DNA from: an uncultured Eubacteriales bacterium
Lineage (GTDB): Bacteria; Acidobacteriota; Aminicenantia; Aminicenantales; Aminicenantaceae
Reading direction: 5' to 3'
Length of the DNA: 64,000 nt
Assembly: GCA_964435925.1 (NCBI GenBank)
Contig: CAYTBG010000002.1
Span: 1,833-65,832, forward strand
The notes beneath the pieces were generated by a model. The model was given only the letters and a program-made list of their open reading frames with translations, searched no databases and was not told the origin of the DNA. The translations under genes were made by a program, and so were the position numbers. Below, one piece after another: positions 40,115 to 48,824 of the stretch (its first letter is position 1; the number at the start of each line of letters is the position of its first letter).

Positions 40115-41497
40115 TTATCGCCTTTCCATTTTTAATCTTTCGACAATTTTTTCTATTTCTATTTTTCTTGAGCCCTTGACCAGGATAAGATCCCCTTCTT
40201 GGAGGAGAGTTAATATTTCTTCTGCAGCCTCCTCTGAATTTTTAAAAGAGAAAATTTGGTCTGCCCGCATTCCTGAAGAAAGAGCTCCATCAGCCATATG
40301 CTGGCTAAGAATACCCACTGTTACCAGGATGTCCCATCCTGATTCTGCAACTTGTTTTCCAGCCTGAATATGGTATTCAACCTCTTTTTCTCCAAGCTCA
40401 AGCATATCGCCCAAGACCGCTATTTTTCTCTTGGAAGGGAGAGAAGCCAGCGCCTTCAAAGCTGCTTCGAGTGCTGCCGGGTTTGAGTTGTAAGAATCAT
40501 CTATAAGCCTGATGTTTTTTGCTAAGCAAACGAGGGTACCTCTATGGGAAAAGAGCTTGAGTGTTATTATTTGAGGGAGAATATCCTCGAAGGGGATGGA
40601 TAAAGCCTTTACTGCAGCCGCAGCTGCCAGAAAATTGTAGAGGTGGCTTTCGTACAAGAAAGGAAGGCTTATTTTCTCCTCCCTGTTTCCGTATCTTAAC
40701 TCGAAAGACATTCCTTCCCACCCAACTTTTTGGATGTTCTGGGCCCGAACTTCACATTCCGCAGAAAGACCGAATAAGATCTTCTTGCCTTTCCAATCTT
40801 CTGCTATTTTTTTGACCAGGGGATCATCTCCGTTGAGGACCGCTATTCCGTCATTTTTGGCCCCATCGAGAATCTCTTTTTTGGCTAAGGCGATCTCTTC
40901 TATGGAGTTGAAAAACTGGAGATGAACGGGTTTGATGTTAGTTATGACAGCTATGTCTGGAGGAGCAATCCGGGTCAGAGTTTTTATTTCACCTGGAGCG
41001 GACATGGCCATCTCCATTACTGCGACCTCATGCTTATCCGTCAGCTTAAGAAGGGAGAGGGGAACGCCCAACTGGTTGTTAAAGTTTCCTTCAGACTTGA
41101 GGACGTATAAATTTCGAGAAAGGAGGCGCCAGGTGAACTCTTTGGTTGTTGTTTTTCCAATGCTTCCTGTAATCCCGATCACTTTGACAGGGTGCTCGGA
41201 GAGAACCTGTCCAGCGAGTTTATGGAGAGCTTCGAGAGTATCCTTAACCTGAATCAGAGCGATGTCCTTGTCGGGAATGGTTATCTTATGGGAAATAACA
41301 GCACCTGAAGCTCCTTTCTTGACTGCTGCGGGGACAAAATCATGGCCGTTCCGTTCGGAAATTAAAGCAAAAAAGAGTTCACCCGGCTCTGTTAGACGAG
41401 AATCTATATTGAATTTATGAAATGAGAGAGAGGGCGAGCCCTGAAGGATTTTCCCCCCCATTTTTTCTGCTGTTTCGCTCAAGCGGAGATTAACCAA
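40115..41497 (-). CDS. murF: UDP-MurNAc-tripeptide--D-alanyl-D-alanine ligase
   Basis: GITGSIGKTTTKE and Mur ligase C-domain. Confidence 0.8.
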   Translation of the reverse strand: MVNLRLSETAEKMGGKILQGSPSLSFHKFNIDSRLTEPGELFFALISERNGHDFVPAAVKKGASGAVISHKITIPDKDIALIQVKDTLEALHKLAGQVLSEHPVKVIGITGSIGKTTTKEFTWRLLSRNLYVLKSEGNFNNQLGVPLSLLKLTDKHEVAVMEMAMSAPGEIKTLTRIAPPDIAVITNIKPVHLQFFNSIEEIALAKKEILDGAKNDGIAVLNGDDPLVKKIAEDWKGKKILFGLSAECEVRAQNIQKVGWEGMSFELRYGNREEKISLPFLYESHLYNFLAAAAAVKALSIPFEDILPQIITLKLFSHRGTLVCLAKNIRLIDDSYNSNPAALEAALKALASLPSKRKIAVLGDMLELGEKEVEYHIQAGKQVAESGWDILVTVGILSQHMADGALSSGMRADQIFSFKNSEEAAEEILTLLQEGDLILVKGSRKIEIEKIVERLKMERR

Positions 41498-41499
41498 TT

Positions 41500-42966
41500 T
41501 CAGGTTGACTCCTTTATTCCAAGAATGCCTCTTATGACATCGGCATCCTTGAAAGGGATGACTTTATCTTTGATGATTTGATAGTCTTCGTGTCCTTTTC
41601 CGGCAACAAGGATGTAATCTCCTTTTTCTCCAAAGGAGAGAGCATGTCCGATGGCTTCTTTTCTATCTGGCAGAATTTTGTAATTCTTTGCTCCGGTTTT
41701 TTTAACACCTTTTTCTATATCTGCGATTATAGCCAGAGGATCTTCTGAACGAGGATTATCAGAGGTGAGAATGGTCCAGTCAGCAAGGTTTCCGGCAACT
41801 TCCCCCATCCTTGGTCTTTTTGTTTTGTCCCGGTCTCCACCGGCTCCGAAGATTAAAATGATGCGCTTGGGATTAAGTTCGCGAACGGTTTCCAGTAAAT
41901 TCTTGAGGGCATCGTCAGTATGGGCATAATCGACAAAGATATGGAGTCCGAGGGTATTTTTTATTTTCTCAAACCTTCCTGGTACCTCTTGAAGTGAGGC
42001 TATGCCTTCTCTTATCGCTGATACAGGTATGTTCAATGATAGAGCCGCGGCAATCGAGGCCAGGATGTTGTAGAGGTTAGGCTTGCCCAGAAGAGGCGAG
42101 GAAACAGGGAGCTTGCCTGCTGAATATATTGCCGAAAGCTCTATTCCTTTTTCGGTGAGTTTGAAATTTTCGCCTCTTACCTGTGCACTTGGTTCGAGGC
42201 CATAGGTGACGACTCCGGAGGGAAGCTCTGCTATCAGCTTTTTCCCCCACGGATCATCGGAGTTGATTACTGCCGTTCTTTTTTTATGGTTGAGGAAGAA
42301 AAGCTTTTTTTTGGCTTCGAAATATCTTTCCATGGTGTGATGGTAGTCCAGATGGTCACCGCTTAAGTTTGTAAAAAGGGCAATATCAAATTCTATGCCC
42401 ACAACCCTCTTGAGGTCTAAAGCATGAGAGGAGACTTCGATCAAACAGTGTGTAACTCCCTGCGCAAGCATTTCCGCCAGCATTCTCTGCAGGTCAGAAG
42501 CCTCAGGAGTGGTTCTTTCGGCAGAGATATTTATGCTGGGACCCCGGTAGGAGATTGTCCCGATCACTGCGGGGAGAAATTGGGATTTTTTTATTATTTC
42601 CTCGAGTAAGTAGGTGATAGTTGTTTTTCCTTTTGTTCCTGTGATGCCGACGACTTTCATTTTTTGGGAGGGATGAGAATAAAAATTGGCTGAGCATAGA
42701 GCGAGCGCTTCTCGGGAGTCAGAGGCTTTAAGCCAGGTTTTCTCGATATTTTCCGGTTTCGGTTTTTCTGAAAGAAAGGCAACGGCACCGTTGAGGAGAG
42801 CCTCATGTACAAATTCAAAGCCGTCTTTTTTCTCTCCTTTTAAAGCGGCAAACAGATAGCCTGGCTCGACATCCTTGGAAGAATAGGCAATTCCTTGAAT
42901 TTCTTCTCTCTCGTTTCCGTTAAAGCGCACACGCGGAACTCCTTGGAGCAAGTCTTTGAGTTTCAT
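41500..42966 (-). CDS. murE: UDP-MurNAc-L-Ala-D-Glu--2,6-diaminopimelate (or Lys) ligase
   Basis: GITGTKGKTT, Mur ligase domains. Confidence 0.85.
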   Translation of the reverse strand: MKLKDLLQGVPRVRFNGNEREEIQGIAYSSKDVEPGYLFAALKGEKKDGFEFVHEALLNGAVAFLSEKPKPENIEKTWLKASDSREALALCSANFYSHPSQKMKVVGITGTKGKTTITYLLEEIIKKSQFLPAVIGTISYRGPSINISAERTTPEASDLQRMLAEMLAQGVTHCLIEVSSHALDLKRVVGIEFDIALFTNLSGDHLDYHHTMERYFEAKKKLFFLNHKKRTAVINSDDPWGKKLIAELPSGVVTYGLEPSAQVRGENFKLTEKGIELSAIYSAGKLPVSSPLLGKPNLYNILASIAAALSLNIPVSAIREGIASLQEVPGRFEKIKNTLGLHIFVDYAHTDDALKNLLETVRELNPKRIILIFGAGGDRDKTKRPRMGEVAGNLADWTILTSDNPRSEDPLAIIADIEKGVKKTGAKNYKILPDRKEAIGHALSFGEKGDYILVAGKGHEDYQIIKDKVIPFKDADVIRGILGIKEST

Positions 42967-44714
42967 TTTTCGACCTGCCTCAAGGGGCGTTTGGCGATAA
43001 TAGTATTTAGTTGTTCTTGTTGCTTGGGAATGTGCAGATAGCGGAGAACCAGGCTGGCAATTTCCCGGAAGACTGGGGCGGCAACTTCCCCTCCGGAGTA
43101 TGAACCTTTGGGTTCATCAATAACCACAACCATGGAGAGAACGGGATTGTCTGCAGGAACAAAACCGGCAAAAGAGGAGGTATGAGCGGTGGAGGAATAG
43201 CCGCCGATGGAAGGATCGAATTTCTGGGTTGTTCCAGTCTTCCCGGCAACTTTATAACCTCTAATTCGGGCGGTTATCCCTGTTCCTCTTTGAACAACTT
43301 TTTGAAGAATGGAGGTTAATAATAAAGCTGTTCTTTCTGATATTATCCTTCTTTGCCTATAAGGCTTTTCAGTCGCAATGTCAGGGGAATTCAGGATTTT
43401 TTTTACAACCTTTGGGCTGATGATAAAACCTTTGTTAGCAATAGCGTTTATTGCTTGAAGCATTTGGGTTGCTGTTACTGAGATTTCGTAGCCGATGGAA
43501 AGTGAGGAGGCGGAAATTTTGGTCCAGTTATCGAGCGGCCTGAAAATCCCCTTTTCTTCAGCAGGGAGGTCAATTCCTGTCTTTTGGCCGAAACCAAAGG
43601 CTTTTATCGTCTTGAAGAAGATTTCTTCTCCTATTAATTGGCCGAATTGAATTGTCCCCACATTGGAAGAATGGATAATGATTTCAGGAAAAGAGAGAAC
43701 TCCGAATAGTTCATGGTCTCGGATTGTCTTCCCTGCAACACGGATGAACCCTTTACTGCAGTCAAAGGAGTCGGTGAGGTTTACTTTTCTTGCTTCCAGG
43801 GCTGCCGAGGCCGTGACGATCTTAAAAGTGGAGCCGGGTTCGAAATTATGGTGGATGGCTTTATTCCTATCGAGTGAGAGCGGCATCGGGGGAGGATTGT
43901 TCAGGTCGCCGGTGGGATAATTCGCCATAGCCAGGATTTCTCCTGTTGAAGGTTGAGAAATGATAACTGTTCCCCAGCTAGCTCCGGTTTTGAGCATAGC
44001 TTTTTCCAGCTCTTTTTCTGCGTAATACTGGATGGTTTCATCTATTGTCAGGACCAGGTCTTTGCCGGCCTCTGGTTCTTTCAGGATCTCAAAGCGGTAC
44101 TCTCTCTTTTTGGCGTCTCTCAGGATAAGATGTTCCCCCTTTTTTCCTTCTAATACTGAATTGTATTTGTACTCAATCCCGCTGGCTCCGATATCGTCAA
44201 TGTTTACTCTTCCCAGGAGATGGGCGGCGAGCTTTCCGTGCGGGTAGAATCTTTTGTTTTCCTCCAAAAAATAAATCCCGCTCAAGGAGAGTCTCCTCAC
44301 TTTTTCTTCTTTTTCGGGGTTAACTTTTCTTTTTATCCAGATAAAAGAAGCATTTCTTTCTATTCTCTTATATATATTCTGAAGCTCGTTCTCCGATAAG
44401 TTTAAAATTTTCTTGAGCTTCTTTATTTTTTCGAGCTGGAGATGAGAGGGTTCGCCTTTGAAAGGAGAAAAAAAGACGGATTGAATCGGGAGGCTGCGGG
44501 CTAGAATATTGCCCGTGCAGTCGTAGATTGTTCCCCTTTTGGGATGAATAGTATTCCTGTTTTGATTTTGCTCTAGAGCCTCTGTTTTCAGGCGGGGATG
44601 TTCAAAAACCTGGAGCTGAAGAAGGCGAATTGTGAGCCCTACTAACCAGATCATAAAAAAAAAGCCCAGAATGATAATTCTTATTCGCGCTCTTTTCTGA
44701 TAGAAAATGCTCAT
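42963..44714 (-). CDS. ftsI: penicillin-binding protein 3-type transpeptidase
   Basis: N-terminal TM. SxxK (STFK), SSN (HSSNVG) and KTGT motifs. Confidence 0.85.
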   Translation of the reverse strand: MSIFYQKRARIRIIILGFFFMIWLVGLTIRLLQLQVFEHPRLKTEALEQNQNRNTIHPKRGTIYDCTGNILARSLPIQSVFFSPFKGEPSHLQLEKIKKLKKILNLSENELQNIYKRIERNASFIWIKRKVNPEKEEKVRRLSLSGIYFLEENKRFYPHGKLAAHLLGRVNIDDIGASGIEYKYNSVLEGKKGEHLILRDAKKREYRFEILKEPEAGKDLVLTIDETIQYYAEKELEKAMLKTGASWGTVIISQPSTGEILAMANYPTGDLNNPPPMPLSLDRNKAIHHNFEPGSTFKIVTASAALEARKVNLTDSFDCSKGFIRVAGKTIRDHELFGVLSFPEIIIHSSNVGTIQFGQLIGEEIFFKTIKAFGFGQKTGIDLPAEEKGIFRPLDNWTKISASSLSIGYEISVTATQMLQAINAIANKGFIISPKVVKKILNSPDIATEKPYRQRRIISERTALLLTSILQKVVQRGTGITARIRGYKVAGKTGTTQKFDPSIGGYSSTAHTSSFAGFVPADNPVLSMVVVIDEPKGSYSGGEVAAPVFREIASLVLRYLHIPKQQEQLNTIIAKRPLRQVEK

Positions 44715-44731
44715 AAACTCTTTTTCTAAAG

Positions 44732-45025
44732 TTAGGGAATAAACTCATCGTAGACGAGCTGCTCTTTTTTTGGCTCGACGAGATTCAGTTTTTCTTTGGC
44801 AATTTTTTCGACTCTGTCAAGAGATAGAAGGGAAGATTTTTCTGTTTGCAGTTCACCAACTTGTCTCCCGAGAGTAAGAACTTTCTCCTCGAGCGTGCCT
44901 ATTTCATAACCTATTCTGATGGATTCCATCTGATGCCAGATGTAGAAAGTCAGAATAAAAATAACGATAATTGTGCAGGATACAAAAAGCATTATCTTTT
45001 TTGTGGTGTATTTTTTTCTTACCAT
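44732..45025 (-). CDS. ftsL: cell division protein FtsL
   Basis: 97 aa, single TM followed by coiled coil. Lies between rsmH and ftsI. Confidence 0.55.
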   Translation of the reverse strand: MVRKKYTTKKIMLFVSCTIIVIFILTFYIWHQMESIRIGYEIGTLEEKVLTLGRQVGELQTEKSSLLSLDRVEKIAKEKLNLVEPKKEQLVYDEFIP

Positions 45026-45922
45026 CTAAATTCTCTCAGCCGCTCTAAGCTTGGCTGACCTTGATCTGAAATTGATGGCAATCTCCTCTTGGGAGGGAAT
45101 AATGGGTTTTTTCGTCAAAATTTTAAGGAAAGGATGGGAATTGTTTGTAACAGCAAGGCGGACAAAAGTGTGCTTGATTATTCTATCTTCTAAGGAATGA
45201 AAGGAAATCGCGGTGATATGGGCTTTTTTGGGAATTATTTGAGTGATCCTTTCTAAAAAACCGGAAAGGCTCTTTAACTCCTGGTTGATTTCAATGCGTA
45301 ATGCCTGAAAGACTTTGGCAGCTGGATGAATCTTTCCTCTCTGTGGTCTCCAGCCGCAGATTCCCTCGACAATGCGGCGAAGCTGGGTTGTCGTTTCGAT
45401 TTTTTCGGATTTTCTTATTGAGACAATTTCTTTGCCGAGCCTTTTTGCCTGCCTGAGTTCGCCGTATTCTCGAAAAATTTGGGCGAGTTTGTGTTCTGAA
45501 TACTTATTGATTATTTTAGAAGCCGTTATTTTGTTTCGGAGGTCCATCCTCATATCGAGAGGGCCATCTTGGTTAAAACTGAATCCCCTTTCTGGAGAAT
45601 CAAGCTGAAAAGAGGAGATTCCTAAGTCCAGCAAAATTCCCCTGATGTTGGAAAATTCTATTTTAAGATCTGGGATATACCTGAAGTCTGAGTGATAAAG
45701 CTTCACTCTATCTGCGTATGGATTAAGCTTCTCTTCTGCCTTAAGAAGAGACATTTCATCGATGTCGAAACCGATGAGAGAAGCCTTAGGATTTCTCTTG
45801 ACTATTTCGAGGGCATGCCCGCCCAGGCCAAGAGTACAATCCACATAAATCCCTTCTCTCTTTATATCCAGGTAATCCATAACTTCTTCTACAAGAACTG
45901 GGAGATGGCCGTTCCCGCTCAT
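45026..45922 (-). CDS. rsmH: 16S rRNA (cytosine1402-N4)-methyltransferase RsmH/MraW
   Basis: DCTLGLGGH SAM motif. ISFHSLEDRI.K. Confidence 0.85.
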   Translation of the reverse strand: MSGNGHLPVLVEEVMDYLDIKREGIYVDCTLGLGGHALEIVKRNPKASLIGFDIDEMSLLKAEEKLNPYADRVKLYHSDFRYIPDLKIEFSNIRGILLDLGISSFQLDSPERGFSFNQDGPLDMRMDLRNKITASKIINKYSEHKLAQIFREYGELRQAKRLGKEIVSIRKSEKIETTTQLRRIVEGICGWRPQRGKIHPAAKVFQALRIEINQELKSLSGFLERITQIIPKKAHITAISFHSLEDRIIKHTFVRLAVTNNSHPFLKILTKKPIIPSQEEIAINFRSRSAKLRAAERI

Positions 45923-46386
45923 TTAGGTTTTCCTCGGGGCATGAGTTCTGCGATTTTTTCAAAATCTTCGTTTGTTAGAGGCTTCTCTTCGAGAGTTCCG
46001 TCGAGCTTATATTTGTTCCAAATTTCTAAGTGATTGGAAAGACCGATAACTTCAACTTCATCTTCCAGTTTCGCCTTCTCTCTTAATGTCTGGCTGATCA
46101 AGATTCGTCCTTTTGAGTCGATACGAATTTGATTTCCTTTTCTGTTAACTCGGAGCATGAATTTTCTCACTGTAGGTTGGAGGTGAAGAGCTGCCTCTTC
46201 GGAAACGCCCGACAACTCTTCCCAGACTGGGAGAGGGTAAACCTGGACGGATTCATCGGTGAGAGAAGTTATGAATATTTCTTTTCCGTATCCTTCTTCC
46301 AGAGCGAGGCGGAATTTTTCTGGTATTTTTATTCGGCCGCTTTTATCGAGCCTTACTGTGTAGCTTCCTAACAAGAAATTTCCCAT
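45919..46386 (-). CDS. mraZ: transcriptional regulator MraZ
   Basis: Two SpoVT/AbrB-like halves, each with a DxxGR motif (LDKSGRIKIP, IDSKGRI). Confidence 0.85.
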   Translation of the reverse strand: MGNFLLGSYTVRLDKSGRIKIPEKFRLALEEGYGKEIFITSLTDESVQVYPLPVWEELSGVSEEAALHLQPTVRKFMLRVNRKGNQIRIDSKGRILISQTLREKAKLEDEVEVIGLSNHLEIWNKYKLDGTLEEKPLTNEDFEKIAELMPRGKPK

Positions 46387-46442
46387 TTTGTCCCGTTTTA
46401 TCCCATTTTGTAAAATATAGGGGAGATATTAACTGTTGTCAA
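46381..46442 (-). promoter_or_regulatory. dcw promoter: -35 TTGACA (46437..46442), 17-nt spacer, -10 TATATT (46414..46419), plus three (T/C)GGGA direct repeats at 10-bp spacing (46401..46405, 46391..46395, 46381..46385; the last overlaps the mraZ ATG)
   Basis: Minus strand reads TTGACAacagttaatatctccccTATATTttacaaaaTGGGAtaaaaCGGGAcaaaaTGGGAaattt. Hexamers are near consensus. The repeat architecture matches the reported MraZ operator (TGGGN repeats with 5-nt spacers). Confidence 0.5.
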
Positions 46443-46565
46443 GGAAAAAATTCAAAAAAAAACCATTTATTTTTTTTGTTTTCTATATATTGTGTGAATT
46501 TATGATTGGCTACTATATAGAGAATTTTTTTGTATGTGCTTTATTCTTCTGTAGGGGCTTTTGAA

Positions 46566-46586
46566 AAATGGGGCCAGGCCCCATTT
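46566..46586 (-). terminator. perfect palindrome AAATGGGGCC-A-GGCCCCATTT followed by a T-run on the minus strand
   Basis: Minus strand reads aagaaATGGGGCCtGGCCCCATttttcaaaag. GC-rich stem plus U-tract about 130 nt downstream of the 46719..46994 gene. Confidence 0.4.
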
Positions 46587-46718
46587 CTTAGATAAACTGA
46601 ATGGGTATTGTTTTTCTTATTTACGGGTTTTTGTAGGGGCTTGATTCTTATGTACGTATTCTTATGTAGGGGTTTGATTCATCAAGCCCACCTTTTTGAT
46701 CGCATAAATAAAAATGAC

Positions 46719-46994
46719 TTATTGATTGCCTGAGCTATCCCCTGGCTTATCTTTAAGGAGTTTTTTGGCAAGGGCATAGTCTTTTTTAGAGACAAGAATT
46801 TTTACCTCCCCCAGGCCATCTGCGGAAAAGGGATGGACAGATTGGACCACTTTTCCTCTAAGAAGGCAGGAAATTCCGTTGCTTTCGAGAAAACTTTTAA
46901 TCACATCAGCTTCTACCGGGCCCCAGACTGTATGAACTTCCTTTAGCCCTAAATCCTCTTCTGATTTTTTCTCTTTTTCTTTTATTTTATCCAT
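46719..46994 (-). CDS. hypothetical small protein (91 aa)
   Basis: ORF only. Confidence 0.35.
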   Translation of the reverse strand: MDKIKEKEKKSEEDLGLKEVHTVWGPVEADVIKSFLESNGISCLLRGKVVQSVHPFSADGLGEVKILVSKKDYALAKKLLKDKPGDSSGNQ

Positions 46995-47106
46995 TTTTCC
47001 CGTTTTTTATTCCTTTGTCATTAAAACCGAAAGATCGGGCAATAACATGGAATGTGTCATTGCGGGCGACCAAAGGAGCGTGGCAATCTCATAGAATAAG
47101 AATGTA

Positions 47107-47529
47107 TTAAAAATAATCATTTTTTTGTTTGAAATAGTCAGCTAATATCTTTTGATGGTCGAAGGCAAGAGGAAAATTGATTTCCTCCTCGGTGAATATC
47201 CTGATATCCAGGGCATCATCCTGAGCTATCGGCCTCCCCTGAGCCGTGGCCACATACACTGTGGAAATTGTATGCTTCCGGGGATCGCGCTTTGGGTCCG
47301 AATAGGTGTGGAACTGACTTTTTAGCTTTATATCAAGAGATGTTTCTTCCTTAGCCTCCCGAACAGCTGCTTCTTCTAAGGATTCACCCATGTCAACAAA
47401 TCCTCCTGGCAGGGCCCAACCATGAGGAGGATTTTTTCTTTTAATAAGAATAATCCCTTCCTGTCCGTTCTTTCTTTTGATTTCGATGATGATATCTACT
47501 GTGGGGATTGGGCACTTGTGTTTTTTCAT
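47107..47529 (-). CDS. NUDIX hydrolase
   Basis: Nudix box [24 protein letters not shown]. Confidence 0.75.
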   Translation of the reverse strand: MKKHKCPIPTVDIIIEIKRKNGQEGIILIKRKNPPHGWALPGGFVDMGESLEEAAVREAKEETSLDIKLKSQFHTYSDPKRDPRKHTISTVYVATAQGRPIAQDDALDIRIFTEEEINFPLAFDHQKILADYFKQKNDYF

Positions 47530-47611
47530 GATGATTCTAATTAGACTTATATTGCTGAGGACTTTTAGAGAAATACGACTGTTTGGAGCGAATTACAGTT
47601 TCAGAGCTTCT

Positions 47612-48712
47612 TTAATCTTTAATCTTGAATTTCTTTTCCAGCTTTTCTAACTTCTCGACAATGCCTCCGTATTCAAGCTCGCTGTAAGGAAGCATCGCTG
47701 CTCCAGAGAAACCTTGCCGTCTTATGGCAGTTGCTTTTTCAGATACTTGATCTCTCACATAATCCCAGTAAGGATGATCGAAGACATCAGCAGGTTCTGT
47801 AAGCTTTCCTTCTTTGACACAAAAAGCTGCTCCGGTGACGACTGGAGGTCCGTCAAAAAAGGAGATGGTTGCATTCTGCTTACAGGGCATGAGAGGTCCG
47901 ATGTGACTTCCTCTCATAAAGCCGGCTACATAATGGCCGATTTGATAAGGAGCCAGCACCTCTCCGGTTGCGGGGAATTCTCCCTGAACACGGCATAAAG
48001 CTACCGGATCATCTTTCCCAGTATATTTTCCAGCGATGTTGTGGAGGCGCGTTGTGGAAATAGCTGCCGCCTGATTTCCAGCGCTTCGGGAGTAGATACT
48101 CTGGACGACATATCTTTCATTGTCCCGGAGCAAAGCTGCGATATCGTAAATTTCTTCAGGAGTGTTGAGTTCGACAATTTTATCCTTTTCAATGTGTCCG
48201 ACATCGATAATATGGAAAGTGAATCCGTCACTCATCTTAGGGCTCAAGATTAGGCCTGCGCAGTACATGGGATCAACAAAGGCTAAGTAGAAAGGAAGGT
48301 TGTAGGCACCAGGATCAGTTTTATCAGCGGCAAAAAAGAGGAAGGGCTCGTTGGGCCGCTCTTCAAATTCCATCTCGGCAACAGCAGGGCCCATTCCTTT
48401 TATGTTTCCGCTGAAGGCGTCTTTCAACAGATCCTGTCCTGCCCCATAAAGTCCTTGTTTTTTGGCAACCTCAGTTCCGGAAATAAATGCGTCCCAGGCC
48501 ATTTTATGTATTTTTTCATCCGAGACGCCTCTCTCATGAGTGCATAAGATTGCGATATCGTCTCCAGTATGACTTGTGAAGAAATCAATAATAAGATTCT
48601 TGCCGTTCTCCTGAACAAAGTTCTTGACTTCATCAAGAAGGGCCTGGCTGGGTGTTATATGACCGCCGATGCTGCCTATGTCTGCTTTTATGACACTAAG
48701 GGTGATTTTCAT
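47612..48712 (-). CDS. fbp: bifunctional fructose-1,6-bisphosphate aldolase/phosphatase (class V FBPase)
   Basis: MKITLSVIKADIGSIGGH..., GLYGAGQDLL.D.FSGN..GMGP.VAEME.EER, DKTDPGAYNLP, AGKY.GKDDPV and MRGSHIGPLMP all match the archaeal/deep-branching FBPA/P family. Confidence 0.85.
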   Translation of the reverse strand: MKITLSVIKADIGSIGGHITPSQALLDEVKNFVQENGKNLIIDFFTSHTGDDIAILCTHERGVSDEKIHKMAWDAFISGTEVAKKQGLYGAGQDLLKDAFSGNIKGMGPAVAEMEFEERPNEPFLFFAADKTDPGAYNLPFYLAFVDPMYCAGLILSPKMSDGFTFHIIDVGHIEKDKIVELNTPEEIYDIAALLRDNERYVVQSIYSRSAGNQAAAISTTRLHNIAGKYTGKDDPVALCRVQGEFPATGEVLAPYQIGHYVAGFMRGSHIGPLMPCKQNATISFFDGPPVVTGAAFCVKEGKLTEPADVFDHPYWDYVRDQVSEKATAIRRQGFSGAAMLPYSELEYGGIVEKLEKLEKKFKIKD

Positions 48713-48824
48713 TGAAACCTCCTCTAAGACGTGTATTTTTTTGGGGAAAAATCATTTTAATTTTTCGCTCCTCAAAAGTCAACAAAAAGTGGGAATAAGT
48801 GGGGTAAGACGCCATTTGGGTGAG

